Source of the DNA: Candidatus Altiarchaeota archaeon
Lineage (GTDB): Archaea; Altiarchaeota; Altiarchaeia; IMC4; QMZM01
Assembly (NCBI GenBank): GCA_038891095.1
Contig: JAWAEV010000001.1
Coordinates: forward strand, 260,468 to 324,467
DNA: 64,000 nucleotides
Direction: 5' to 3'
The notes beneath the pieces are model-generated. The model was not told where the DNA came from and made no database searches. It was given only the letters and a program-made list of their open reading frames with translations. This document shows positions 31,330-39,688 of this stretch, in pieces. The translations under genes and the position numbers were made by a program. Position 1 is the first letter of the stretch. Each line of letters starts with the position of its first letter.

Positions 31330-31956
31330 CTTATCTTTTCTTTTGTAAATTTCCATAGCTACATCGACAACTTTCTTTGCTTTCTCTATTATCGCAGTAT
31401 CGGATGTTAGCACAATTTTATTTGAATTTTTTATTGAATAATCCGCTGATCTTTCTGTTTTTGCATCTCCCACAATTTTAAATTTTTTGAGTTGTTCTCT
31501 TATGTATTTTGCAAGTTCACCACTTCTTGAGATTTGGGAATCTAAAATAAAAAGAACTGATCTTGGATTATAATGTTTTAAAACTTTTAAAATTTTTTTC
31601 AATGCCTCTTTTGTTTTTTCATCAAATTTATAAGAAGAGAAAACTCCTCTAAAATCTCTTAAAAAACCATCCATACATTCAATAACTTCGCCATTAGATA
31701 AAATTGCTTCGGTTGTTATTAAAACATTATATGCATCAACAATTATGTCTTTGCCTTTAATTTCTTCTATTGGAATCTTTCTTTTTCTATGCACTCTTAT
31801 TTCCTTCTCAGAAAAAACTTTCCTGAACAAAAAATTTCTCTGTTTGTTGTTAAGAGAATATCTTGCTGCTACTAAATTTAAAGCGCTCTTTCTTTTATAA
31901 CCCCTATCAAGAAGAAATTTAAGGTCATAAATTGCATTTTCAATTGCTATTGTCAT
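31315..31956 (-). CDS. DUF434 domain protein (PIN-like)
   Basis: DLKFLLDRGY, VDAYNVLIT, DGFLRD and SRSGELA motifs. Confidence 0.85.
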   Translation of the reverse strand: MTIAIENAIYDLKFLLDRGYKRKSALNLVAARYSLNNKQRNFLFRKVFSEKEIRVHRKRKIPIEEIKGKDIIVDAYNVLITTEAILSNGEVIECMDGFLRDFRGVFSSYKFDEKTKEALKKILKVLKHYNPRSVLFILDSQISRSGELAKYIREQLKKFKIVGDAKTERSADYSIKNSNKIVLTSDTAIIEKAKKVVDVAMEIYKRKDKSFLM

Positions 31957-32001
31957 TTTTAGTATAAGCTATTTATCTTTTCATGCGTAAATTATAAAGA
32001 G

Positions 32002-32157
32002 ATGATTTCAAAAAAAATTTCAAAGAGGGATAAAGATATAAAGAGAAGACTAATAAAACTTGAAAAAATTGGAAAAGAACTCGCCTGTAGAATAAAAATT
32101 TTGGAGAAAAAACTTAACTTTAAGAAGCTAACAAAAAAGAAAAAAGTGGTTAAGTAA
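32002..32157 (+). CDS. Possible small basic coiled-coil protein
   Basis: Manual translation MISKKISKRDKDIKRRLIKLEKIGKELACRIKILEKKLNFKKLTKKKKVVK fills the intergenic gap; no family recognised. Confidence 0.4.
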   Translation: MISKKISKRDKDIKRRLIKLEKIGKELACRIKILEKKLNFKKLTKKKKVVK

Positions 32158-33211
32158 AAACATTAACTAACTTTTTTTTAATTTCACTTGGCTTGAAAAT
32201 TCCAACATTAGTTATGAATGCCGTAACAAATCTCTTTGGAGTTATGTCAAATGCAGGATTTCTTGCTTTTGCCCCTTTTGGGGCAATTCTTCTTTTTCCT
32301 AAATATAAAACCTCATCATCTGTTCTTTCTTCAATTTTTATTTCCTTGCCTGAATTGCAATTTTTATCAAAAGTTGTTAAAGGTGCAGCAACATAAAAGG
32401 GAATGGAATTTTCCTTTGCTAAAACTGCCTTCTCATATGTTCCAATTTTATTTGCAAAATCACCATTTATTGCAATCCTGTCTGCTCCAACAATGCATAG
32501 ATCAACTTCACCTTTCTGCATGAAATAACCTGCTGCATTATCAGCAATTATTGCATGTGGAATTCCCTCATTTATTAACTCCCAAGAAGTTAATTTTGCT
32601 CCTTGTAATCTTGGCCTTGTTTCATCAACCCAAACAAAAATTTTCTTTTTTGAATAGTGAGCTTCTCTTATCACAGCAAGAGCTGTGCCATGGTCAACAC
32701 ATCCTAAAGCACCTGCATTGCAATGAGTTAAAATTTTATCCCCATTCTTTATCAATTTATTTCCAAAAATTCCAATTTTTTTACAAGCAATCTCGATTTT
32801 TTTTGCATATTTCTTGCTAGAAATAATTGCAACTTTTTTTGCTTCATTCACAGATTTCGCTTTTTTTATTTTTTCTGTTATCTCATCAACAGCATGAAAA
32901 AGATCAAATGCTGTCGGCCTTGTGCTAATGAGAACTTTTTTTGCTTTTTCTAAATGCTCAAAAAATTTCTTCATATTTTCTCCTTGAAATTCTAATGCTG
33001 CCTGTGCCATTGAATAAGCAGATACTGCACCAATTGCTGGTGCCCCCCTTACTATCATATTTTTTATTGCTAATGCGGTCTTCCTGTGATTTTCTGATTT
33101 GTAAATTTCAAATTTTTCAGGCAATTTTCTTTGGTCAATAAGGAAAATAGTCTTGTTGGACATCCAAACTGTTTTATATTCTCTATGGCCTTCGCTAAAT
33201 CTTACTTTCAT
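32150..33211 (-). CDS. mtnA: S-methyl-5-thioribose-1-phosphate isomerase
   Basis: IDQRKLP, MIVRGAPAIG, LTHCNAG, ETRPRLQGA and NPAFDITP motifs. Confidence 0.92.
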   Translation of the reverse strand: MKVRFSEGHREYKTVWMSNKTIFLIDQRKLPEKFEIYKSENHRKTALAIKNMIVRGAPAIGAVSAYSMAQAALEFQGENMKKFFEHLEKAKKVLISTRPTAFDLFHAVDEITEKIKKAKSVNEAKKVAIISSKKYAKKIEIACKKIGIFGNKLIKNGDKILTHCNAGALGCVDHGTALAVIREAHYSKKKIFVWVDETRPRLQGAKLTSWELINEGIPHAIIADNAAGYFMQKGEVDLCIVGADRIAINGDFANKIGTYEKAVLAKENSIPFYVAAPLTTFDKNCNSGKEIKIEERTDDEVLYLGKRRIAPKGAKARNPAFDITPKRFVTAFITNVGIFKPSEIKKKLVNVFT

Positions 33212-33315
33212 TTTATAACTCAAATTTTTTTAATTTATATACTAAAATGTAAATTTTAATAATGATGGTTTTTCTAAAAATATGAACTGGGATTATAGAA
33301 TTCTAAACAGGAAAA

Positions 33316-33447
33316 ATGATATGCGACATCTGTGGTAAAACTGTTGATAAGGTATATGTATGCTCTGATTGCGGCTCTTTATTTTGTGTCAAATGTGGTA
33401 ATGTTGAGAAAAAACTCTGCAAAGATTGCGAAAGCTTAGAATTTTAA
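33316..33447 (+). CDS. Zinc-finger microprotein (4 x CxxC), missed by ORF track
   Basis: Manual translation MICDICGKTVDKVYVCSDCGSLFCVKCGNVEKKLCKDCESLEF. Confidence 0.8.
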   Translation: MICDICGKTVDKVYVCSDCGSLFCVKCGNVEKKLCKDCESLEF

Positions 33448-33490
33448 ATTTTTATTTTATTTTTATCAAATATTTTCTCTTTTATTATTA

Positions 33491-33709
33491 ATGGAAATAA
33501 AAGGTTTTCAAGAGTATAGAAAAAGGGAATTTTGTAATTCTGTTAAATGTCCAGTGCAATTGGAGTTGAATAAAACAAAAGAAAACTCAGAAGAATATGA
33601 AAAAATTAGAGATGAATGCAAAACAAACTGCAGATTTTCAGCAAGAGATTTTCATTATTGGTTGATTAACCATGGATACATTATTATTAAACCAAAAGAG
33701 GTGAAATAA
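33491..33709 (+). CDS. Small Cys/His-containing hypothetical protein
   Basis: EFCNSVKCPVQ...CKTNC...FHYWLINHGY; stop overlaps the lsrF start. Confidence 0.7.
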   Translation: MEIKGFQEYRKREFCNSVKCPVQLELNKTKENSEEYEKIRDECKTNCRFSARDFHYWLINHGYIIIKPKEVK

Positions 33710-34497
33710 TGGACTGGGGGATGAAAAATAGGTTGTCAAGGATAATAAAGCCTAAGGATAAGAGAACAGTTATGCTCGCTGTTGATCATGGATATTTTAT
33801 GGGGCCAACAACTGGTTTAGAAAATTTTGAAATTGTGAAAAAAATTTTACCTTATGCAGATGCCATAATGCTGACAAGAGGTGCTTTAAGGAATTATATT
33901 CAGCCAGAAGAAGATATACCAGTAGTATTGAGAGTTTCTGGCGGAACAAGCATAATAGGTAAGGAACTACTACATGAAGGTATAATAACCTCGATAAAAG
34001 ATGCTTTAAAACTGAATGTTTCTGGCTTAGCATTTTCTATAATGGTTGGTTCAGAATTTGAAAGAGATACCTTGTTAGGATTAGCAAAAATTGTTGATCT
34101 TGGCGAGGAATATGGAATTCCTGTAGTGGCAGTAACAGCAGTAGGGAAAGAATTAGTTAGAGATGCCCGTTACTTAGCATTAGCATCAAGAATTGCTGCT
34201 GAATTTGGTGCACATATTGTTAAGACATATTATTGTGAAAATTTTGAAAAAGTTGTTGATAGTTGCCCTGTGCCAATTGTTATTGCTGGTGGTAAAAAAA
34301 TTTCTGAGGAGGAAGCATTGAAGATGACTTATGATGCTATTCAGAAAGGTGCTTCTGGTGTAGATATGGGGAGAAACATCTTCCAATCAGAAAATCCAAA
34401 AGCGATGATTAAGGCAGTGAAAGCAATTGTTCATGAAAATTTCTCTGCAAAGGAAGCGATTGAAATGTTTAAGAAAGAAAAAGGGGAAACCAGATAA
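33709..34497 (+). CDS. lsrF: LsrF-like class I aldolase/thiolase (DhnA family)
   Basis: MDWGMKNRL, MLAVDHGYFMGPTTGLE, VKTYY and GVDMGRNIFQS motifs. Confidence 0.88.
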   Translation: MDWGMKNRLSRIIKPKDKRTVMLAVDHGYFMGPTTGLENFEIVKKILPYADAIMLTRGALRNYIQPEEDIPVVLRVSGGTSIIGKELLHEGIITSIKDALKLNVSGLAFSIMVGSEFERDTLLGLAKIVDLGEEYGIPVVAVTAVGKELVRDARYLALASRIAAEFGAHIVKTYYCENFEKVVDSCPVPIVIAGGKKISEEEALKMTYDAIQKGASGVDMGRNIFQSENPKAMIKAVKAIVHENFSAKEAIEMFKKEKGETR

Positions 34498-34563
34498 CAC
34501 AAGTTCGCTTTTAGCTCCAAAAAGGATTAAGAGAATAAAATGTTCGCTTAATAGTTGTTATGC
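34492..34563 (+). repeat. Degenerate attC/attI-like site at the array start
   Basis: AGATAAC (overlapping the lsrF stop) ... GTTATGC, with an internal direct repeat GTTCGCTT. Confidence 0.4.
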
Positions 34564-34897
34564 TCAATTGCGAGTCGCCCATAAACGAGATCGCCACCGA
34601 AATTCTTCTTTTGTTGCCTCGTTAAAATTCACAAAATGAAAAGGAAAAAACGAAATTGCTTCGCAAATCGTCTAAGAAAATTTTAACGAAATTTTTTCTT
34701 GTTCTTTACGAGAGAGTGCTGCCGTTACGTTTTTGATTCTTTTTTTCTGAAGAAAATAAGGTGGTTAAGAAAGGGGGTGTCGTTTCAAGTCGTTTTCAAC
34801 TTTATTAATACATTTATCAGGATTTTTTAATCTCGTGCTCCCAGAAGACACTTTACTTTTTAAGTCAAAAAAATATAATTAAAATGGAGGGATTATT

Positions 34898-36262
34898 ATG
34901 AAAAAATTATCATTTCTTTTATTGGCAACGGGTATGCTTTTAGTTGCTCAAAATTTCTCTGTACTTGCCGAAGAATCTCTATGGCCGCAAGGCGATTTTG
35001 ATTTAGTTTATCCTGTCTATAGAATGTATACTCCCTCAGATCCGGCACCAATAGATAAAGATTACAAAATTCTTTTTGCTTTTTCTCCGCTTTCAGTAAG
35101 GGATGGAAAAGTTTCTACAATTGTCACTCGTCGAACTCCTCTATCATATACTCTTGCCTCTCAACAATTTGATGGCGATGGCATTATCAAAATGGATGGC
35201 GTGTATGATAAAGAAACCGGGAAAATCAGCGGACAATATGAAATTAATTTACAGACTAAAAGTAGAGTAAGCAATTTAAATGCCGGACTACGTTATAGTG
35301 AAGGCTGGGTTGAACGGTCAGAAAGTGGTACTTTTCAAGGACAGGTGATAAAAGACCACGTGGTTTTAAATTTTGCCTGCAAAAAATCAAGTGGACAATA
35401 TTATCGGAAGTACAGAGACAATAAAGAAGAAAGCGGCTCAATAAGCAAGTGTACATATTTTTTCAATAAAGTAGCTTATCAGGTTATACCAATAGTAAAA
35501 TCAGAACCGGCAACTTACAAACAAGAACCCGCAGAAACACCTAAAAAACATGTTGATTCAGGTGTCAGAGTGGCTGGGATGACTGGTCAGTGCGATATTG
35601 AAATCGATGGAGTCAGACGTCCTCTTAAAATGGATGATGTTATTCCTGTTGACGCCCATATTATTACAGAAGAGGACAGCAAAATTATCCTTGCTTTTAC
35701 TGATATGAGCACTTTTGTGGTTGAACCTGAATCTCATATTGTTATAAGCGCTCCAGCTGAAAAAGAAAGCAAACTTAAATTAGTTGCCGGAAACATTTGG
35801 GCCAATATTAAAAAAATGATTAAAGATGGAACAATGGAGGTGGAAATGAATCAGGCGGTGGCAGGAATCAAAGGAACAACTTTTGTCTGCGAGGAAAAAG
35901 ACGGGAAATCAACCCTAAAAGTATTTGAAGGTGTGGTTGATTTTAAATCCAAGGCAAGCAGCGAGACGGTTCAGGTAAAAGGCGGAGAAAAAGTTGTGGC
36001 TGATAATAAAGGACTTTCGCCAGTCGAGAAATTTGATACATTTGAGGAAGTACAATCTTTAATGAAATTAAGAAATGAAGAAGATATTAATTGGGCAGAG
36101 GGCGAAGAAAAAGAAACACAGGATTTATCGGCAACTAAAAAACCAGAAATAACAAAAGAAAAAGCCTCTAATCAATGGCTGTTTATTGGAATAATTCTAA
36201 TTTTGGCACTAATAATAATATTAGTGGGATTAAAGATCGCTAGAAAAGCTAAAAGTAAATAA
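34898..36262 (+). CDS. Secreted FecR-domain protein with C-terminal TM anchor (cassette cargo)
   Basis: Signal peptide; FecR-like LKLVAGNIW..AVAGIKGTTF..LKVFEGVV; C-terminal hydrophobic helix plus basic tail; visibly more CpG-containing codons than the host genes. Confidence 0.8.
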   Translation: MKKLSFLLLATGMLLVAQNFSVLAEESLWPQGDFDLVYPVYRMYTPSDPAPIDKDYKILFAFSPLSVRDGKVSTIVTRRTPLSYTLASQQFDGDGIIKMDGVYDKETGKISGQYEINLQTKSRVSNLNAGLRYSEGWVERSESGTFQGQVIKDHVVLNFACKKSSGQYYRKYRDNKEESGSISKCTYFFNKVAYQVIPIVKSEPATYKQEPAETPKKHVDSGVRVAGMTGQCDIEIDGVRRPLKMDDVIPVDAHIITEEDSKIILAFTDMSTFVVEPESHIVISAPAEKESKLKLVAGNIWANIKKMIKDGTMEVEMNQAVAGIKGTTFVCEEKDGKSTLKVFEGVVDFKSKASSETVQVKGGEKVVADNKGLSPVEKFDTFEEVQSLMKLRNEEDINWAEGEEKETQDLSATKKPEITKEKASNQWLFIGIILILALIIILVGLKIARKAKSK

Positions 36263-36530
36263 AGAATTTATCGCCATAATGATATGACTAAAATCGAAGA
36301 AATTTTAAAATTTAAAATCAAGCCGAAAGAAAAGGATATAGAATTTAAGCCGCGAGAACTCTATAAACCTCAACGCTTTGTCTCCTAAATGACTAATCGC
36401 AAAATCAATATAAAGTTCGACAAATTCGGGGTTTTCCTGTGAGGCGTATTCCAGAGACTCTATCAGATGTCCCTTGGTCACTAGCAGATGCTAATTATTC
36501 AAAACCCAACGATTCCCTCAACAAACCTGT

Positions 36531-36619
36531 ACATAACAGTGGATAAACGGTCGACTCTCGCATAGTCTCACCCAAATGCTCGCTGACATTCGCACTTCTT
36601 ATGTCCGCAGCTGTTAGGC
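36531..36619 (+). repeat. attC-like recombination site
   Basis: R'' ACATAAC ... R' GTTAGGC, 89 bp; imperfect palindrome; internal CCCAAAT..CTTC shared with the next site. Confidence 0.7.
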
Positions 36620-36662
36620 GAAATGCCCAAACCCGACTTTGAAAATCGGAGGTAATAGAACT

Positions 36663-37274
36663 ATGGAAACAAAATTAGACCTGACAAAGGAATACAAAAC
36701 CTATTATACAGCAAGAACAAACCCTAATGTAGTTGAATTTGGTGAAATTCCATTTTTGACTATTGAGGGCAAAGGTGAACCCGCTGGAGAAGTTTTTACA
36801 AAAGCAGTTGAAGCTTTGTATCCTCTTGCCTATAGTGTCAAAAATATCTCTAAAAAGCAGGGTAAAGATTTTAGTGTCCCAAAATTAGAGGGATTATGGT
36901 GGGTAGAGCCTGATAGACCTGCTTTGGAGGTGCCTCGCGAAGAATGGCGCTGGAAACTTCTTATTCGTATGCCTGATTTTGTTACTTCAGATATGGTAGA
37001 GAAGGCAAAAGAAGAGGTTTTCAAAAAGAAAGGAATAACTCTGGTTAAGGAAATCAAGTTCGAAAAGATTAAGGAAGGTAAATGCATTCAGATATTGCAC
37101 ATAGGGCCATATTCAACAGAGCCAGAGTCGTTATCAAAAATGCGAAAATTGATGGAACAGAAAAATCTTGTTGAAAATGGTCTTCACCATGAAATCTATC
37201 TTTCTGACCCACGAAAGGTTGCTCCAGAAAAGATGAAAACTATTTTAAGGCAACCAGTGAAAGAAAGAGGTTAG
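36663..37274 (+). CDS. GyrI-like small-molecule-binding protein (cassette cargo)
   Basis: LEGLWW, WKLLIRMP, QILHIGPY and HHEIYLSDPRK..KTILRQPV; GGAGGT RBS before the ATG at 36663. Confidence 0.9.
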   Translation: METKLDLTKEYKTYYTARTNPNVVEFGEIPFLTIEGKGEPAGEVFTKAVEALYPLAYSVKNISKKQGKDFSVPKLEGLWWVEPDRPALEVPREEWRWKLLIRMPDFVTSDMVEKAKEEVFKKKGITLVKEIKFEKIKEGKCIQILHIGPYSTEPESLSKMRKLMEQKNLVENGLHHEIYLSDPRKVAPEKMKTILRQPVKERG

Positions 37275-37279
37275 AAAAA

Positions 37280-37966
37280 ATGCAATTTAACAACATCTTA
37301 AAAAAACTAAAATCCCTATCTAATCCCAGAGCCGTTGAAGGCATGGTTAAATACGGGATTACCGCTGAGAGAGCTTATGGCGTGTCAATTCCGAATTTAA
37401 GAAAGATTGCCAAAGAAATAGGAAAAGACCATAAACTTGCTCAACAACTTTGGAAATTAAATATTCGAGAAACTCGAATACTTGCAAGTATGATTGATGA
37501 CCCTGTATTAGTGACCGAGAAGCAAATGGAAAAATGGGTAAAGGAGTTTGATTACTGGGAAATCTGTGACCAGATCTGTCAAAATCTTTTTACTTACTCT
37601 AAATTTGCTTATCAAAAAGCCATAGAATGGAGCGAAAGAGACGAAGAATTCGTAAAAAGGGCAGGGTTTGCTTTAATGGCTTGGTTAGCTTTTAAAGATA
37701 AGAAAGCAAAAGATGAGCAATTTGAAGTATTCTTTCCAATCATAAAAAGAGAATCTACTGATGATAGAATCCTTGTTAAGAAAGCTGTGAATTGGGCATT
37801 AAGACAGATTGGGAAACGAAATATTGCCTTGAATACAAAGGCAATTGAAACTGCGAAAGAGATTCAAAAGATAGAATCTAAAAGTGCTAAATGGATTGCT
37901 CAAGATGCAGTCAAGGAATTAACGAGCAATGCAATCCAAGAAAGATTGAAAGAAAGAGGTAAATAA
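37280..37966 (+). CDS. DNA alkylation repair protein (AlkD-like HEAT repeat; cassette cargo)
   Basis: YGVSIPNLRKIAK, WEICD, EFVKRAGF and VKKAVNWALRQIGKR motifs. Confidence 0.9.
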   Translation: MQFNNILKKLKSLSNPRAVEGMVKYGITAERAYGVSIPNLRKIAKEIGKDHKLAQQLWKLNIRETRILASMIDDPVLVTEKQMEKWVKEFDYWEICDQICQNLFTYSKFAYQKAIEWSERDEEFVKRAGFALMAWLAFKDKKAKDEQFEVFFPIIKRESTDDRILVKKAVNWALRQIGKRNIALNTKAIETAKEIQKIESKSAKWIAQDAVKELTSNAIQERLKERGK

Positions 37967-38020
37967 TATGGATGGACTTGGGCACTCTGCAGTGCTTCGA
38001 ACCTTGCCCCTATCGGGGTC

Positions 38021-38102
38021 GCTTAACACAGCATATACGACTCACTTCGTTCGCCCAAATTTCGGCTACGCCGAAACTTCGTATATGACGGAGCCGTTAT
38101 GT
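38021..38102 (+). repeat. attC-like recombination site
   Basis: R'' GCTTAAC ... R' GTTATGT, 82 bp; perfect arms CATATACGA/TCGTATATG and inner hairpin TTTCGGC-TAC-GCCGAAA. Confidence 0.82.
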
Positions 38103-38245
38103 GAAATTCGAAAACCTGCCTCTCACAAAAAGAGATCGTAAATTATGACTATTTTGTTGCATTCGTAAGTTTATATAAGGAAGAGGGCACTAGATTTAAT
38201 ATTAAAAGTTCTAATAAATTTATAAGAGCTGATTTTACTTTTCTC

Positions 38246-38584
38246 ATGAAAACTTGGATTAAATGCGGTATGATGGGATTAACAATTTGGGTTTTACTCT
38301 TTTTAGCATTTTATATTAGTGATTATCTAGTAAAATGTTCATTACCAACAAATGACTCTGGGTCTCCATTAGTAGGTAGTAGCTGTTGGAATTCTATTCA
38401 GGAGTTAATATTAATGATTTTTGCAGTTTTAAGTTTTCCTTTTCTTTTAGTTGGGGCAAATCCGAATATGACTACTGTTGGTCCTTTTCGTGTTATGCTT
38501 TTTTGGATTGGTAGCATGATATCTTTTGTTTTGTGGGGAATGTTAACTGGATGGATAATTGAAAAAATACTTGAGGCAAAGTAA
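38246..38584 (+). CDS. Hypothetical membrane protein (cassette cargo)
   Basis: Three hydrophobic segments; stop codon lies within AAGTAAC, an R''-like sequence. Confidence 0.7.
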   Translation: MKTWIKCGMMGLTIWVLLFLAFYISDYLVKCSLPTNDSGSPLVGSSCWNSIQELILMIFAVLSFPFLLVGANPNMTTVGPFRVMLFWIGSMISFVLWGMLTGWIIEKILEAK

Positions 38585-38656
38585 CAGTAGGTTTAAATGT
38601 AGTCGTTTATCTTTACATTAGCATTTTAATTTCAATTTTCATATAATTTTCTTGCT

Positions 38657-39655
38657 ATGAAAGTTGCAGTTTACTATAGCAACAATGATATTCGCATAGA
38701 AGAAAGACCAATTCCAAAAATTAGCAAAGGTGAAATTTTACTTAAAGTTATTTCTTCAGGAATTTGTGGTAGTGATGTAATGGAATGGTACCGCATTAAG
38801 GAAGCTCCGAAAGTTTTAGGACATGAAGTTACTGGCATAGTTGAAAAAGTTGCTAAGGATGTGAAAAAATTTAAAGTTGGTGATAGAATTTTTGTGACGC
38901 ATCATGTTCCTTGTAATAAATGCAAATATTGTCTTCAAGGAGAAGAGACTGTTTGCAAAACTCTAAGAAGAACAAATTTTTATCCTGGTGGCTTTTCTCA
39001 ATACATAAGAATTCCAAAAATAAATGTAGAAAAAGGCACTTTTTTATTGCCAAGAGAAATTTCATTTGACGAAGGAACTTTTATTGAGCCATTAGCTTGT
39101 GTTATTCGCAGCCAAAGAAAAGCAGGTATAGAAAAAGGTCATAATGTGCTTATAATTGGCTCAGGAGTTTCAGGTTTATTACATATACAGTTAGCTAAAT
39201 TGAAGAAAGCAAAGAAAATTGCTGTTATTGACATTAATCCTTACCGCCTTAAAATTGCAAAAAAATTCGGAGCAAATTTTACAGCAAACGCAAATGAGAA
39301 TTTAGATGAGAAATTTGATAGAGTTATTGTTTGCACTTCTGCAAAGGAAGCAATAGAGAAATCATTTAAATTTGTTGATAATGCTGGAACAATTTTATTT
39401 TTTGCTCCAACAAGTCCAGAGAGCAAGATAGAAATGCCATTTAATGAGCTATGGTTTAAATGTGTTAAAATTATAAGTTCATATGCTGCTGCAGAAAAAG
39501 ACATTAAAGAGGCGATAAAAATTTTGAAGGAAAAGAAGATGAATTTAAAAGGAATGATTACGCATAAACTACCATTACAAGAAACATTAGAAGGCTTTAA
39601 AATTGTTTCTAAAGCTGATAGATCCATGAAAGTTATTATAAAACCACAAGAGTAA
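38657..39655 (+). CDS. Zinc-dependent alcohol/polyol dehydrogenase (MDR family)
   Basis: GICGSD, LGHE, CNKCKYC...C and EPLAC motifs. Confidence 0.93.
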   Translation: MKVAVYYSNNDIRIEERPIPKISKGEILLKVISSGICGSDVMEWYRIKEAPKVLGHEVTGIVEKVAKDVKKFKVGDRIFVTHHVPCNKCKYCLQGEETVCKTLRRTNFYPGGFSQYIRIPKINVEKGTFLLPREISFDEGTFIEPLACVIRSQRKAGIEKGHNVLIIGSGVSGLLHIQLAKLKKAKKIAVIDINPYRLKIAKKFGANFTANANENLDEKFDRVIVCTSAKEAIEKSFKFVDNAGTILFFAPTSPESKIEMPFNELWFKCVKIISSYAAAEKDIKEAIKILKEKKMNLKGMITHKLPLQETLEGFKIVSKADRSMKVIIKPQE

Positions 39656-39688
39656 ATTTTTATTTCTAAAATTTAATATCTATGTGAA

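Larger units (their letters stand above)
34492..38585 (+). mobile_element. Integron-like gene cassette array without integrase in the window (CALIN-like)
   Basis: Co-oriented accessory ORFs separated by TAAC...GTT-bounded imperfect palindromes; cassette ends are complementary to cassette starts. Confidence 0.72.

Noticed and set aside
34427-34639. 70-aa ORF overlapping the lsrF end
   Set aside because: Out-of-frame overlap running into the att-like non-coding region; no coding signal.
36263-36530. Short ORF (MTKIEEILKFKIKPKEKDIEFKPRELYKPQRFVS) after the FecR gene
   Set aside because: Too short, with no recognisable family or RBS; possibly a gene remnant within the cassette.
34492-38585. Interpretation of the repeats as a CRISPR array or IS/MITE ends
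   Set aside because: The repeats are non-identical, separated by whole genes, with no cas or transposase genes and no target-site duplication.
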